Positions 34,641-36,954 of a stretch of DNA of 36,954 nucleotides are shown piece after piece. The position numbers and the translations under genes were made by a program. The DNA comes from Octopus bimaculoides. Taxonomy: Eukaryota. Position 1 is the first letter of the stretch. Each line of letters begins with the position of its first letter. The notes beneath the pieces were generated by a model. That model worked only from the letters and a program-made list of their open reading frames with translations, ran no database searches and was not told the DNA's origin. The stretch lies in contig NC_068987.1 of the NCBI RefSeq assembly GCF_001194135.2, positions 36,471,744-36,508,697 on the forward strand, in the 5' to 3' direction.

Positions 34641-35148
34641 TTTGAATCCTTTATTCGTCCAACTGCATTCTTTCGCTCAATAAATATGTTAGAATAATAA
34701 TAGCAAACACTGAATAAAAGTGTTAAAATTTATGAAGAAATCGAGTAATATGTAAATATTACTTTTATTACTTTTATGCAGTCTTAATAACTTTCTTTTA
34801 AACCAACTCAATGGTAGCTCATCTTCTACGTGAGCTTTTTGTATGCTAACAATAACAGTGATATCGTAAGGTATATATCAAGCTAAACTTCCATACCAAC
34901 AAATATACATCTGATTCCTTTTATTTCAAATTAAGCCGGTTTCTCTTTAATAAATTCCAGAAGGGTGTTTATCTGCTAGTCGCATAATAATATTTGCACA
35001 ATTGATTCCTAATTTGCGTAATGTTTCGTTTAATTTCATTTGTATCCTCTATTCGTCCAATTCTATTCTCTCACTCAATAAATACGCTAGAATAATAACA
35101 AATACTCAATAACAGTATTGGAATTTATGAAGAAATCAAGTATCATGT
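34641..35148 (+). repeat. ~110-bp direct repeat: 34641-34753 and 35039-35148
   Basis: Shared blocks include tattcgtccaa, ctcaataaata, tagaataataa and aatttatgaagaaatc. Identity is roughly 80% by eye. Confidence 0.85.
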
Positions 35149-35217
35149 TCACTTAACGTAAAAGTCCTGTCTATCGTACACATACGTTTGCCAGCGCGCA
35201 CGCACAAACACACGCAA

Positions 35218-35269
<52 letters not shown>

Positions 35270-36723
35270 ATACATACATACATGCATGCATGTNNNNNNN
35301 NNNNNNNNNNNNNNNNNNNNNNNNNNNNNNNNNNNNNNNNNNNNNNNNNNNNNNNNNNNNNNNNNNNNNNNNNNNNNNNNNNNNNNNNNNNNNNNNNNNN
35401 NNNNNNNNNNNNNNNNNNNNNNNNNNNNNNNNNNNNNNNNNNNNNNNNNNNNNNNNNNNNNNNNNNNNNNNNNNNNNNNNNNNNNNNNNNNNNNNNNNNN
35501 NNNNNNNNNNNNNNNNNNNNNNNNNNNNNNNNNNNNNNNNNNNNNNNNNNNNNNNNNNNNNNNNNNNNNNNNNNNNNNNNNNNNNNNNNNNNNNNNNNNN
35601 NNNNNNNNNNNNNNNNNNNNNNNNNNNNNNNNNNNNNNNNNNNNNNNNNNNNNNNNNNNNNNNNNNNNNNNNNNNNNNNNNNNNNNNNNNNNNNNNNNNN
35701 NNNNNNNNNNNNNNNNNNNNNNNNNNNNNNNNNNNNNNNNNNNNNNNNNNNNNNNNNNNNNNNNNNNNNNNNNNNNNNNNNNNNNNNNNNNNNNNNNNNN
35801 NNNNNNNNNNNNNNNNNNNNNNNNNNNNNNNNNNNNNNNNNNNNNNNNNNNNNNNNNNNNNNNNNNNNNNNNNNNNNNNNNNNNNNNNNNNNNNNNNNNN
35901 NNNNNNNNNNNNNNNNNNNNNNNNNNNNNNNNNNNNNNNNNNNNNNNNNNNNNNNNNNNNNNNNNNNNNNNNNNNNNNNNNNNNNNNNNNNNNNNNNNNN
36001 NNNNNNNNNNNNNNNNNNNNNNNNNNNNNNNNNNNNNNNNNNNNNNNNNGGGAGGAAGTGGAACAAGGAGGAAGGGACAGAAGGGTATAGCAGTGAAGTA
36101 GAGGCCAGGACAGAGGTATAGATAGAAAGATGGAGGAAGACAGATAGATAAATAGATAGAAAGATAGATAGATAGATAGACAGATAGATAGATAGATAGA
36201 AAGATAGTCACGTCAGAATAATAGTAGACTTACTTGCAAAAAAGGACGTGTGCGTTCAATAATGTAATAATACAAAGAATATATATACATGTATACACAC
36301 ATATATCTACATACTTACATCTACATGTGTATATACATGCATATCAGGGTACAGGACGTTAGAACAATAAACTACAGACAACGGAACGAACATATAGGAA
36401 AACGGAAGGCCATATATATATATATATATAAGAGAAATCCTACCAGATTAATTTCAATGTATCCATCGAAATATATATGTCACTGATATAGATGATATAA
36501 ATAACATCTTGTGCGTTTTCTCCATTTTCCATTTCTCTTATATTCTCTAAAACACGTCTCACTTCTCCCTGTAATTATTACCCATGAATGTGTGGTTACC
36601 AATATCTTAAATTGCTTACGTGACATTTGGCTACCCTGGTAGCTATCTCCGGATTTTTTCTTGAAAATGAAACATATATATATATATAATATAATATATA
36701 TATAATATATAATATATATATAT

Positions 36724-36954
36724 AGGCGTAGGAGTGGCTGTGTGGTAAGTAGCTTGCTTACCAACCACATAGTCCCGGGTTCAGTCCCACTGCGTGGCAT
36801 CTTGGGCAAGTGTCTTCTACTATAGCCTCGGGCCGACCATAGCCTTGTGAGTGGATTGGGTTGACGGAAACTGAAAGAAGCCGGTCGTATATATGTATAT
36901 ATATATATATGTATGTGTGTATGTATGTATGTGTTTGTATGTCTGTGTTTGTCC
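36724..36954 (+). mobile_element. SINE family 1, head plus internal microsatellite (runs off the window end)
   Basis: A box at 36735-36745 and B box at 36778-36788. Nearly identical to the reverse complement of 29790-30019. Confidence 0.95.

Noticed and set aside
36724-36800. tRNA gene (also at 29940-30019, 22790-22866, 27973-28060 and 33437-33530)
   Set aside because: A and B boxes are present, but there is no complete cloverleaf and each continues into a SINE body.

Overview
This is AT-rich, microsatellite-dense animal genomic DNA from a draft assembly with 12 N-gaps. The SINE families point to an octopus (inference). I could not support any intact host protein-coding gene, rRNA, true tRNA or CRISPR array. 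The window is mostly transposon debris: three tRNA-derived SINE families, two mariner copies (one full-length with both TIRs), a hAT transposase fragment, a CR1/Jockey-group LINE 3' end, two R4/Dong-like RLE LINE fragments, and a decayed Penelope-like element (RT plus GIY-YIG) split by a SINE with a 12-bp TSD. The main unexplained structure is at 16014-16580: a gap-free 245-bp inverted repeat (about 81% paired) built from a ~239-nt monomer. Each arm carries a minimal type I hammerhead ribozyme (HHR) motif, and the two copies show a compensatory stem-I change. Further HHR-like motifs with different flanks lie at 11312-11373, 23995-24038 and 7484-7520. Together these suggest several Penelope pseudo-LTR or retrozyme-like families. 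All alignments and counts were done by hand and need computational confirmation.
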